Below, one piece after another: positions 50,023-59,560 of a stretch of 64,000 bases of DNA (its first letter is position 1; the number at the start of each line of letters is the position of its first letter). Under the pieces are notes generated by a model. That model did no database searches. It saw only the letters and a program-made list of their open reading frames with translations, and was not told where the DNA came from. The stretch is from Candidatus Sumerlaeales bacterium (GTDB lineage: Bacteria; Sumerlaeota; Sumerlaeia; Sumerlaeales; Sumerlaeaceae): NCBI GenBank assembly GCA_038243585.1, contig JBBSQY010000002.1, positions 32,001 to 96,000 of the forward strand. The letters run 5' to 3'. The translations under genes were made by a program, and so were the position numbers.

Positions 50023-50928
50023 ATGCGTTATTTCCTAACTCTTTTAGTTTTTCTGCTTTCTCTTTTTGGAACGTCCCGTTTCGCCTCGGCGGCGGAGCAA
50101 TGGGATGATCCGGTCCCGGGACTACAGCCCGAAGCAAGACGACTCCATGTTGTCTCGTCCGTCCAAAAGTCCAGCGGGACAGCTTTCATAACATACACGG
50201 TTGATGCATGGTACTTCGACCGCGAAGTGATCATACGGATCCGGTCCGCAAACAGTGACATGATTGGCTACGAAGACAAAACCAAATCGCAGGCTGCTTA
50301 TTGGGAAAAAGGCATCGATACTTCCACGCCCTACTTTCCGAAAGAGTTTCTAGACGGCTTTCTTACCGACTTGGTAGCCCATGCTGATATTTGGTTCTAT
50401 CAGCAGCCTATACGAAAACTAATGGAGCCTCAAGCAGCTCGGACTGAACGCGACTCAGACTCATCTCTCACAACAATAACGCTGCGAATTTCTAATCCAG
50501 CCCCGGGTGTGACTAACTATTTGTCTGCTGCTTATCGCGATAATAATATTATTGCTATGCACACGGCCGGTGATCTGAATGACCAGATTAAAGATGCGTA
50601 CGTAGTTGAGTATAGAGACCACGACCCTAAGACCGGCCTGCCTCGACTCGTTTCATACCAGAGCCGCATCCCGCCATACACGACCATTCGCCACAAAACT
50701 ACATTAATAGAACCGATTCCCGCCAACGTATCAGTGCAGAGCCTTTTGGCGGAGCTGAGCAAGGGCTATCGGCCGGTCACAATGCGCATGTTGAACGATC
50801 CCGGGGAGCGCGTTAAATGGTCCGCAGGAAGCTTTCAAAATCTGGGATTTCAAATCGCGGCGGCTGGAGCTGCGATAGCATTTCTGATTTTTGCTAGTCG
50901 CCGGGCGTCGCGTCGAGGCAAGCGCTGA
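50023..50928 (+). CDS. Hypothetical exported protein with C-terminal TM anchor and basic tail
   Basis: MRYFLTLLVFLLSLF..ASA signal with AAGGA RBS; ends QIAAAGAAIAFLIFASRRASRRGKR. Confidence 0.75.
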   Translation: MRYFLTLLVFLLSLFGTSRFASAAEQWDDPVPGLQPEARRLHVVSSVQKSSGTAFITYTVDAWYFDREVIIRIRSANSDMIGYEDKTKSQAAYWEKGIDTSTPYFPKEFLDGFLTDLVAHADIWFYQQPIRKLMEPQAARTERDSDSSLTTITLRISNPAPGVTNYLSAAYRDNNIIAMHTAGDLNDQIKDAYVVEYRDHDPKTGLPRLVSYQSRIPPYTTIRHKTTLIEPIPANVSVQSLLAELSKGYRPVTMRMLNDPGERVKWSAGSFQNLGFQIAAAGAAIAFLIFASRRASRRGKR

Positions 50929-50929
50929 T

Positions 50930-53254
50930 ATGGCTTCACTTAGCCGTTCTGTACTTGCGATTCTAACTGCAGTCCTTCCCCTCATCAGCCTGTTTCCGTT
51001 CATTTCTCTGACGCTCTATGACCCATTCTACATGACCACTAAGGATGGACACGGTGCCACGCTGATAATGGCGTGCGCTTTGGGCGTTGGATTTGCGGGC
51101 GCAATGGCGCTGCGAGGCTATCGCCGCGTTATGTGGATGCTGTTTCTGGCGGCTTGCTTCGCTGCCTGGAGCCAGGGCCACCTGTTGCGAAAAGACTGGG
51201 GCATCTGGACTTCCAAAGGTTCGGTCATGCTTACCGCTGCATACGCGATGAACACTTTGGCCCTGTTGGCGATCCCCTTAGTCGTATATGCGCGCAGGGC
51301 CGGTGTTCGCGTGGAACAACTGGTCGCTGTGGGGCTCCAGTCGGTTTTACTGGTGCAGGTAATTATGATCGGGGGGCCGTGGCTCATTGCCCTGGTCGGG
51401 AACAGCAGCGGCCTCTATTGGGGAATTCCGTTTCGGGGTGCGGCATTGCCGGTCATTGACGCCCTGGGCGTTCGAGATTCAGTTCCTCGGGCTCTTGGGG
51501 TGGTGGCCAGTCCAAACGAGGCGGGAGCCGTACTGCTCCTTGCCTGGCCCGCTCTCCTGATCAACTGGTCTTCTCGAGCAAAGAAATCAGCACTGGTTAT
51601 GCGCGGCATCGTCGTCCTGGCAGTTATGGCCACTTTACTGACGACCTTCACGCGCGGAGCCTATATTGGCCTGCTTTTCCAGATTATGCTCCTGTTATTT
51701 GTCGCCCGGCGCCGGGAGCGGGATTCCGCTGTTGGGTACAGTGCCGCGGCGGTCGCTGCGATGCTCGTGTTAAGCCTGGTTATGCTGGGGATGGCGTCTG
51801 AGGCATTTCGTACGCGTTGGTTGTCCCTGTTGATGCCCACCGACGCATCCATTCTAAACCGCGTCAAGGTATTCGGATCCGCTGCCATGTTGTTGCTGGA
51901 GCGGCCTTTTTGCGGTTGGGGAGTGGGATCGTTTAACACCTTATATAATGTATTCTATAGCATTCCATCGGTCGGATACAGCTATGCCGACGCGCACAGC
52001 GGAATCTTGCAGGGTCTGCTCAACACGGGCATCGCGGGATGGGCGCTCTTTATTTTTGCCGTGTTCGGGATGCGACCCTGGCGAACTTTAAAAATCGTTC
52101 CTCTGTGGGTGTTGGTGTCGTTGATCGGAGTTCTCGTTCCCATGCTAAGCGATAATCTATTAACGCGCAGATTGTCCATGTCCGTGCCGCTTTGTCTCCT
52201 GTTAGGGGTTTGCTGCTTATACGCTTCGCGCTTCGAGACGAATCGCCGCGCCCGATCGCGCTACGGCTACGGCGCGGCCGTCGTGCTTGCCGGTTTGTGG
52301 GTTGGTGGATTTGGCGTTCGCCCTATGGGACCGGTAGATCGTCTGGCTGTTGTTGTCAAGGCCGCCGCGGCGCGCGCCCGTGCAGACGTATCGCTTGCGG
52401 TGCGAAACATGAGCACGGGCGAGTCCTGGGGGCAACATGAAAGCCGCCCGCACGCCAGTCAGCTTGCCACCCTCGCGGTCATTGCGAAAACCGGCCAGTC
52501 TATGCCGGATGCGCCGCTGTATATATCCGATTACCGCGTGTCACCAGTTGGGCCGTCAAGCCTTGGCTTTTCTTTGCCGGCGGCAGACTGGCTGGCCATG
52601 GCGCTCAGCGATCCGGCGCACCGCTCGGTCGATGCTGTACTTCAATCTCTACCTGCCACATCTCTGACGGAAACTGGTAAAGAACTTTTTGGTCAGGACA
52701 CCACCGCAACAGCCTCGTTGCCACAGCCCTGTGTGACTTGTGGGATGGATTTTGGCAAGGCGGACGCGGCTCAGGTAGAAAGTCCACTGGCGCAACGGAT
52801 GACTACGGCGACCGCGTCTGGACTTATTGATGCGTTTGCGCAAATAACCGAAACCTCAACGGAGCCTGGTCAACTGGCTGCGGCGGCCATGGCGGCGAGT
52901 CCGGACCACGTCGGTCTGACGAGGTACCTGACCCGTGGACCGTGGCTGCTCCATTGCAGCGCGGATACGGGGAATACCCGGGAAGAGGTGCTGATCGTGG
53001 ATAAAGGGCTCACAAACAGGTGGGGCGTAGTAATGCTCTATTCATCGCATCTGCCGGGTCGCACGAGAGTTGACTCCGTACCAAGCCGGATGTTTGGCGA
53101 TGTCGGCTGGCGGCTGTATTGCTATTTTGATGTTCTGCCGCCTCTCGCGACGCCCACTTTGCCAGTGCCGCACGAGCATAGCTTTTCCAAACACGACGGC
53201 CCATGGTTCTGGAAGCATTTATGGACTGTCGACGAGATCAACTCGGGGAGTTAA
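50930..53254 (+). CDS. O-antigen ligase (Wzy_C) family membrane protein with a C-terminal degenerate class A beta-lactamase-like domain
   Basis: RALG..SPNEAG, TFTRGAYIG, SILNR, ERPFCGWGVGSF and DAHS are Wzy_C motifs. About 300 aa of soluble sequence follows the last TM. Confidence 0.75.
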   Translation: MASLSRSVLAILTAVLPLISLFPFISLTLYDPFYMTTKDGHGATLIMACALGVGFAGAMALRGYRRVMWMLFLAACFAAWSQGHLLRKDWGIWTSKGSVMLTAAYAMNTLALLAIPLVVYARRAGVRVEQLVAVGLQSVLLVQVIMIGGPWLIALVGNSSGLYWGIPFRGAALPVIDALGVRDSVPRALGVVASPNEAGAVLLLAWPALLINWSSRAKKSALVMRGIVVLAVMATLLTTFTRGAYIGLLFQIMLLLFVARRRERDSAVGYSAAAVAAMLVLSLVMLGMASEAFRTRWLSLLMPTDASILNRVKVFGSAAMLLLERPFCGWGVGSFNTLYNVFYSIPSVGYSYADAHSGILQGLLNTGIAGWALFIFAVFGMRPWRTLKIVPLWVLVSLIGVLVPMLSDNLLTRRLSMSVPLCLLLGVCCLYASRFETNRRARSRYGYGAAVVLAGLWVGGFGVRPMGPVDRLAVVVKAAAARARADVSLAVRNMSTGESWGQHESRPHASQLATLAVIAKTGQSMPDAPLYISDYRVSPVGPSSLGFSLPAADWLAMALSDPAHRSVDAVLQSLPATSLTETGKELFGQDTTATASLPQPCVTCGMDFGKADAAQVESPLAQRMTTATASGLIDAFAQITETSTEPGQLAAAAMAASPDHVGLTRYLTRGPWLLHCSADTGNTREEVLIVDKGLTNRWGVVMLYSSHLPGRTRVDSVPSRMFGDVGWRLYCYFDVLPPLATPTLPVPHEHSFSKHDGPWFWKHLWTVDEINSGS

Positions 53255-53297
53255 GCCGCTTGGCTCTATCGTGGAATTGGGCTTAACTTTGTTTTAC

Positions 53298-53780
53298 TTA
53301 GGGCAGGGGGGCAGCGGCTCGGTTTATGTCTGCGTAGGCGCCGATGGCATCGGGTTTGAAGACGAGGCGTTTACCTATGGGGGAGTTCACTTCTTTAAAA
53401 ATGGCGCGGCCGCTTAAGGTGCTGTTTGGCTTAATGACGGCAGGCTGTGGCATATCGATAATGGTGGTGGATTTTGAGTAAGGAGTAACCTGGCGATTTT
53501 CCTGGGAAATGACAGCGAAGCTTTCTTTTTGAACCGCGAGATCGGTTGTGCCCAGATTATGGATGCTGAAATCAATATAAGGCCCGGCGCTTTGAGCGCT
53601 AAGAACGTAGGGAGCAGCGGCGACCGCAGGGGCTGAGGCGGGAGGAGCGGTCATCGGAGCACCTGCGGGGACTGGGGCAGGGCTCGGTTTGTTGAAAAGG
53701 GTGTTTGCATGGTTATTGCACCCCGTGACGGAGATTACGGTGGCCAATAGTGCAAGCAGTTTGCAGGTGTTGTTTAACAT
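53298..53780 (-). CDS. Hypothetical lipoprotein
   Basis: Lipobox-like VTGC, Pro/Ala linker, small beta-rich domain, GAGGA RBS. Confidence 0.75.
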   Translation of the reverse strand: MLNNTCKLLALLATVISVTGCNNHANTLFNKPSPAPVPAGAPMTAPPASAPAVAAAPYVLSAQSAGPYIDFSIHNLGTTDLAVQKESFAVISQENRQVTPYSKSTTIIDMPQPAVIKPNSTLSGRAIFKEVNSPIGKRLVFKPDAIGAYADINRAAAPLP

Positions 53781-53926
53781 AATGGTTCGTCCTCAGCAGG
53801 TACGGATTCCAGACATCCAACTTGTCAGCAGGATTCGGAAACTATCTACAGTCATTTTTAGTGTTGCTGGGTAATGATGTGCCTACCCTGCGGGGACGGC
53901 GTCAAATGATTTTTGCGGATCATTTA

Positions 53927-54631
53927 TTAGTGCGAAGTGGGAAGAGCCACCTGGTTAACAGCTATATCTTCCACTATAAGCCCATCGCGAACCTGGATGG
54001 AACGTTTGCAGTAGTTTGCCACTTCCGGCTCGTGGGTGACGATGATCAAGGTGACGCCCTGGTCGTTGAGTTCCCGAAAAAGGGCCATAATTTCCACACT
54101 GGTCTTCGAATCGAGATTTCCGGTGGGTTCATCGGCCAGAATGATAGTGGGATTGGTGACGAGGGCGCGGGCAATAGCGACCCGCTGGCGTTGTCCGCCG
54201 GAGAGTTGATTCGGTTCGTGGTGGCAACGGTCGGCCAGGCTTACCCGGCCAAGGGCGGCCAGGGCTCGGTCTGCCGCGCTGTGGATGCCGCTGTAGAGCA
54301 ATGGTACTTCCACGTTTTCGAGGGCGCTCATGCGAGCCAGGAGGTTGAAACTTTGGAAAACAAACCCAATTTTTTGGTTTCTGATGCGGGCGAGCCGGTT
54401 TGTGCCGAGTTTGCTGACATCTTCGTCGTCCAGAAAATACTGGCCGCCACTGGGGCGGTCCAGGCAACCAAGGATGTTCATCAGCGTGCTCTTGCCGCTG
54501 CCGGAAGTTCCTATAATTGCCACCATTTCACCGGCCTGTATATCAAAGGAGACCCCGGCCAGGGCGTGGACTTCCTGATCGCCCATTTTGTAGGTTTTTG
54601 TAAGGTTCTTTACTTCGATCGCGGCTTTCAT
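53927..54631 (-). CDS. ABC transporter ATP-binding protein (MacB/LolD type)
   Basis: [30 protein letters not shown]. Confidence 0.95.
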   Translation of the reverse strand: MKAAIEVKNLTKTYKMGDQEVHALAGVSFDIQAGEMVAIIGTSGSGKSTLMNILGCLDRPSGGQYFLDDEDVSKLGTNRLARIRNQKIGFVFQSFNLLARMSALENVEVPLLYSGIHSAADRALAALGRVSLADRCHHEPNQLSGGQRQRVAIARALVTNPTIILADEPTGNLDSKTSVEIMALFRELNDQGVTLIIVTHEPEVANYCKRSIQVRDGLIVEDIAVNQVALPTSH

Positions 54632-54642
54632 AGTGGGCTGAG

Positions 54643-56019
54643 TTATCTCCGTCCGCCGCTGGACCCCAGGCGGTAGGCGGCGCTTCGCATGCCTCTGCTC
54701 ATGCCGCCGGAACTGCCAGCGTTGTCTTCGCCTCGTGACCAGCGGCTTTGAATCGAGGAGGGGATCAGAACCTGGTCGCCTTCGCTAAGGCCGGACTTAA
54801 CTTCTGTGTTCAGGCCGTCCGTAATTCCAGGCTCAATTTTTGTCCTTACTCCAGACGTAGAATCGTCGTTTGCCAGCAACACATAATACCCGGTCTTGCC
54901 ATACTGTATGGTTTCATTGGGCAGCACAAGGACATCCTCGCGTCGCTCCGCCTGGATTTCCACGTTGGCGGTCATCTCAGGCTTGAGGATGTCGAGACCG
55001 GCTTCGCCCACTTCCATTTTTACTTCGAAGGTAACGACGTTGCTGTTTGTGACACCTTTGGCCGCGACGCGAACCACTTCGCCGGTAAACCGTTGCCCAG
55101 GAAAGGCATCGGCCGTAATGACCGCCTTTTGTTTTTCCCGAATTTTACCGATGTCTGATTCATCTACGCTGGCGTCGATAAAGAGGCGGCTTAAATCGCT
55201 GAGGGTCATTAGAGTAGTGCCGCCGCCTACGTTGCTGATACCGGAAGCTATTATCTGGCCGATTTGCACGGGGCGGGATGTAATCACACCATTCATGGGA
55301 GCGTATATTTTGGTTTCCTTGAGGCGCTGTTCCACGTTTTCCATGTCAATTTCCGCGCGGGTAACTTCTGTTTTATTGAGGATAATGTCTTGTTTGCGAA
55401 GTTCCACGGTCCGGGGAAGATTTTGCAGTTCAGTGATACGCACCCGGGCCTGCGTGAGCGCACGCTCCGCAGCGCTGGCGTCACTGCGAAGGATATCGAG
55501 CTCTTCGCTACTGACAACGCGTTTGCGGTAAAGGTCCTGAGTTCGTTCGAGGCGGCCCTGAATTTCGCGGTATTTCACCTGGGCTGAGTCTAGCTCGGCA
55601 AGGGCAGTAGAAGTGCCTGTGTCGACATCGGCCTGGGCAATTCTGAGCTGTTGCGTAGCCTGCTCGAGACGGGCGCGGGTCGCCTGGAGCTGCGCCTGGC
55701 GTTGGGCTACATTGCGGAGTTCGTCTACGGGGTCCAGCTGGCACAGCAGATCGCCGGAGGTGATTTTGTCGCTGACGTCAAACGGGAGCCTCGTAATCTG
55801 ACCGCTCGCCTTAGACTTGATCTCTACGTCTAAATTAGACACGACTTTTCCGGTGGTAGATACGCGAAGATCAATGGTTTTGCGTTCGACTAAAATCAAA
55901 CGCGGCTTGTCAGATTGCTGCTCTGCTTCCTGCGTCGCGGCAGCCTGTTTCTGTTGATACCAATATGCCGCCGCTCCACATGCGGCCAGGAGAATAAGGA
56001 ACACCACAAACTTTTTCAA
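54643..56019 (-). CDS. Efflux periplasmic adaptor (MacA-like)
   Basis: N-terminal TM, lipoyl-like halves, long coiled coil, [21 protein letters not shown]. Confidence 0.9.
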   Translation of the reverse strand: MKKFVVFLILLAACGAAAYWYQQKQAAATQEAEQQSDKPRLILVERKTIDLRVSTTGKVVSNLDVEIKSKASGQITRLPFDVSDKITSGDLLCQLDPVDELRNVAQRQAQLQATRARLEQATQQLRIAQADVDTGTSTALAELDSAQVKYREIQGRLERTQDLYRKRVVSSEELDILRSDASAAERALTQARVRITELQNLPRTVELRKQDIILNKTEVTRAEIDMENVEQRLKETKIYAPMNGVITSRPVQIGQIIASGISNVGGGTTLMTLSDLSRLFIDASVDESDIGKIREKQKAVITADAFPGQRFTGEVVRVAAKGVTNSNVVTFEVKMEVGEAGLDILKPEMTANVEIQAERREDVLVLPNETIQYGKTGYYVLLANDDSTSGVRTKIEPGITDGLNTEVKSGLSEGDQVLIPSSIQSRWSRGEDNAGSSGGMSRGMRSAAYRLGSSGGRR

Positions 56020-58058
56020 CCAGCGGGTACTCCACTTTCCGGTGTAATGTGGATTGGCTGGATTCCCCTGCGCTGCAACGCCGTTCCTTCCACACGATAC
56101 AGTTCGAGGTAGGCATTTATGTTTGCAACTTCGGCAACCACTCTATCAAGCTGAGACTGTACAAAGTCGCGCTGCGCCTGGCTAACCTCAATCTGTGTGC
56201 TGCGACCAACGCGGAATTTTTCGGTCTCCGCTTCCAGCTGACGCCTTCTCAGTTCTTCAGTAATCTCTGTAGAGTAAATAAGGCGGCTGGTACGTTCGAT
56301 CTCGAGAATGGCGGTACGAACCTCCACGTCGATGATCTGGCAAAAATTTCGGATCGCCTCTTCTGATAGGGTCTTTTGGAAATTGGCGCGGCGGTGGTTG
56401 GCGTTTGCGGTGCGGTTTTGCAGCGGATAGCTGAACTGCAGGCCGACCTGATAGTTACGGGTGTCGGTTTCCGGAACCCGTTTAAGGGAATCCCATTGTG
56501 TATCGCCAACGCCGGTGAGGCCAAGACCGATGACAAAATCGAGCCGGGGCAAAAGGCCGTTAGTGGTCCGGTGAACTTCAAGTTCGCCGTTTGCCAGATC
56601 AATCTGAGCCTGACGCAGGTCCGGTCTGTAATACCTTGCGAGCCTTACCCGTTCTTCCGGCACAAGCTTTTCCGTGGGGAGAATGGGTTCTTCACTAGGG
56701 AAGATGAGCGACTTCCAGCCGGTGCTCAGATTTTCAGGATTAATAAGGCGTAGAAAAACGAGCTGGCGCTGTTTCAGGTTAGAAATAGCGTTAATAATGT
56801 CGCTGACGCGGCTGGCTTCTTCGGCCTGAGCTGCCAGGGAATCGAGGGGCGCGGAGCGTCCAACCCGCACGAATTCTTCAGTACGTTCGCGCTGTTCACG
56901 GGCAACCTCGAAGGCTTTACGACGAATGTCGAGGGTTTCATAGGCGAGATAGATATCCCAATACGCTTTTTGTACATCAGTAACCAGGTTTATCAGGGTG
57001 TTTTGAAGCTGATAGAGGGAGATGACGAAGTTGTTTTGAGCCGTCCATACGGAGATGAGATTTACATCGCTGCCGGCGCCTCGCAGCAGGTTCTGAGTGA
57101 TGTTCAGGTTAAGATCGTTGCTAAAGAAAGGCTCGGTTCTGTTTGTGTCACTCCGGTTTCCAGAGAAGTTAAGGTTGTAGTTCGTGCCAGCCGGTGTGCG
57201 ACCTTTGAGGGCAACATCGTAATCCAGACCACGGCTCATGGATATATCGTCTACCCGGTTATCCGGCCCTCTGCTGGGTCGTGGTCCGAGGGTTGATCGA
57301 CGACTGGAAGCGACGCCGACTGCGGCTTCAAGAACGGTATCAAATTCCCCTTCCGCGTTTTCAATGCCTGTGTTAGAAATTTCCGGGCGAAGCTGGTCAA
57401 CTCGAAGTGCCTGATTACTCTGGAGGCTCTGGCAAACCGCAAGCAGCAGCGACATTTTGCGTACGTTGCTGCTCTTGGTCAGGCTTTCCAGGTCGCCTAG
57501 GAAATTACCGGCGCGGGGGTTATCATACATATCGCTGAGGCGCATGGTTGAAGTTGATTCTTCGTAGCCGAGGCTTTCGGTAGTGTTTAAAAAGTCGTCG
57601 GACAGCAGGGTTGTCATGTCCATTAGTGTTGAAGTGGTGGTGTCGTAGCCGATGGGGGGCAGACTGAGCAGGCTGTCCTGAAGATCCAGCGTACGATTGC
57701 GCAGGGTGTCGTTAAAGGTCGCAGTGTCGGTTCCAGTGGTCAATCCAGACGTTGTAGACAAGTCCGAATACACCGGCAGTGTTGTTCCCAGGTCCAGGTC
57801 GATGTTGCTGTAGTCGTAGTCCGTTTCAAAATCTATTGACGCAGTAGTAATGTCGGAAGCCAGGCTGGGGATCCGGGGTTTAGACAACTGGGCCAACTGG
57901 TCGCCAGATATAGTAGTCGCAGGGCGAACCTCAAACTTTTGCACTACTTTTGGTTGAGTAGAGACAGCGTTAGAGGCTGCGATCACATAAGCGGAGCAGG
58001 TGGCAGTGGCTACTATGGTAAGTAAGCGAGCAATGGCGGAACAGGAAGCGAATTTCAT
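56016..58058 (-). CDS. TolC family outer-membrane channel with long Thr-rich N-terminal extension
   Basis: Signal peptide, QNLLRG, VQKAYW, RPDL, LLPRLD, FRVGRST. Confidence 0.88.
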   Translation of the reverse strand: MKFASCSAIARLLTIVATATCSAYVIAASNAVSTQPKVVQKFEVRPATTISGDQLAQLSKPRIPSLASDITTASIDFETDYDYSNIDLDLGTTLPVYSDLSTTSGLTTGTDTATFNDTLRNRTLDLQDSLLSLPPIGYDTTTSTLMDMTTLLSDDFLNTTESLGYEESTSTMRLSDMYDNPRAGNFLGDLESLTKSSNVRKMSLLLAVCQSLQSNQALRVDQLRPEISNTGIENAEGEFDTVLEAAVGVASSRRSTLGPRPSRGPDNRVDDISMSRGLDYDVALKGRTPAGTNYNLNFSGNRSDTNRTEPFFSNDLNLNITQNLLRGAGSDVNLISVWTAQNNFVISLYQLQNTLINLVTDVQKAYWDIYLAYETLDIRRKAFEVAREQRERTEEFVRVGRSAPLDSLAAQAEEASRVSDIINAISNLKQRQLVFLRLINPENLSTGWKSLIFPSEEPILPTEKLVPEERVRLARYYRPDLRQAQIDLANGELEVHRTTNGLLPRLDFVIGLGLTGVGDTQWDSLKRVPETDTRNYQVGLQFSYPLQNRTANANHRRANFQKTLSEEAIRNFCQIIDVEVRTAILEIERTSRLIYSTEITEELRRRQLEAETEKFRVGRSTQIEVSQAQRDFVQSQLDRVVAEVANINAYLELYRVEGTALQRRGIQPIHITPESGVPAG

Positions 58059-58194
58059 GGGAAAAGGTGGATCCTCCAGCAGGGTTCCAAGGTTTCATTT
58101 GAGTTTGTGAGAGTGGTTTAGAAACGTTAATGAACGGGATTTGCCGGCGGAAGTATCGCAGGTCAATATTTAGTTCGAAAATTAAGTACCTAAC

Positions 58195-59421
58195 CTATTC
58201 GTACCGCAGCGCATCGATGGGATCCATGGCGGCGGCCTTGCGCGCCGGGTACCAGCCGAAGAATACGCCGACGGCGAAAGAGAAACAGAAGGCCAGCACA
58301 ACGGGCCATACCTGGAAAATGGCGGAGAACGCGCCGTCGAAGTAGTTAGCCATGACGTAGTTGAACAGGAAGATACTGCCGATGCCGAAGGTTATCCCTA
58401 AAATTCCGCCGGTGAGGCTGACGACCACAGCTTCGAGCAGGAACTGAGTCAGAAGATCAAAGGGCCGCGCACCAAGAGCTTTTCTAATTCCGATTTCGCG
58501 GGTGCGTTCCGTCACGGTTACCAGCATGATGTTCATGATGCCGATGCCGCCCACCAGCAGAGATATGCTGGCGACCCCGGCCAGCAGCAGGGTGAACACC
58601 TGGGATACCTCGGCCAGGGAATCCGCGATCTCCTGCAGGTTTCGCACAGTAAAATCGTCACCGCGGCCGGGTTGAATTTTGTGCTGTCGCCGAAGCACGG
58701 CGGAAACGCTTTCGATGGCTTCCTGCATATCGGTGCCATCTTTTACGGTTAAGTAAATGGAATCAATGTTTTCTTTGCCCATAAGCTGATTCATCCCGGT
58801 GTTAAGAGGCACCACAATTTGATCGTCGGGATTGTACCAGCCCTGATCGCCCTTGGTCTTGGTAACGCCAATGACAATAAAGTTTATCCCCTTTACCTTG
58901 ATCTGCTCACCGACAGGATTTAAGTCGCCGAAGAGATCAGCTGCGGTTTTAGAGCCCAGAACAGCAACCTTTGCGGATTGATTAACTTCCGACTCGGTAA
59001 ATGCCCGGCCATATTCGACTACGAAATTTCTAACTTTGAAGTACGTTGGCGCCTCTGCCAGAACAGATACCTGGCTGTTTTTGTTGAGGTATTTTGCCTG
59101 GTATCGGGAAGAAGCCTCCGGGGAAACCATCTCGACCACCGGCACTTGTTCGAGTATGGCGTCGGCATCCTCAAGGGTCAGGTCCTGACGCGCAGCAGAG
59201 CTCACGCCCCCGCCCCATCTGGAGGAAGGCCGAACCATTAGCAGATTGCTCCCCATGCCCTTAACGGATTCTGTCACTTTGGCCTTCGTGCCGGCGCCCA
59301 GGGCCAGCATGGCTATCACGGCCGCCACGCCGATGATAATTCCCAGCATGGTTAAAAACGACCGCAGTTTGTTGGCTGCGATGCTTTTAAAGGCAATTCT
59401 GATGATTGTCCAGATTAACAT
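58195..59421 (-). CDS. ABC transporter permease (MacB/FtsX family)
   Basis: NKLRSFLTMLGIIIG, GGIGIMNIMLVTVTERTREIGIRKALGA, PIDALRYE. Confidence 0.95.
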   Translation of the reverse strand: MLIWTIIRIAFKSIAANKLRSFLTMLGIIIGVAAVIAMLALGAGTKAKVTESVKGMGSNLLMVRPSSRWGGGVSSAARQDLTLEDADAILEQVPVVEMVSPEASSRYQAKYLNKNSQVSVLAEAPTYFKVRNFVVEYGRAFTESEVNQSAKVAVLGSKTAADLFGDLNPVGEQIKVKGINFIVIGVTKTKGDQGWYNPDDQIVVPLNTGMNQLMGKENIDSIYLTVKDGTDMQEAIESVSAVLRRQHKIQPGRGDDFTVRNLQEIADSLAEVSQVFTLLLAGVASISLLVGGIGIMNIMLVTVTERTREIGIRKALGARPFDLLTQFLLEAVVVSLTGGILGITFGIGSIFLFNYVMANYFDGAFSAIFQVWPVVLAFCFSFAVGVFFGWYPARKAAAMDPIDALRYE

Positions 59422-59560
59422 GGGGAAGGTCTCATTCCACGGATTATTACGGGATCTTGTTAATAAAATGCAGCAGTTAAAGCGAAAGGAATTCTGATTT
59501 GATCAGCGATGGAAAAAACTGATTGAGTTGACGGTTTCCAGGTTTTCTTTCGGCGCTATT

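Noticed and set aside
49649..53254. Integrative island at tRNA-Tyr
   Set aside because: No integrase in the window, and I saw no duplicated tRNA 3' end (att site).
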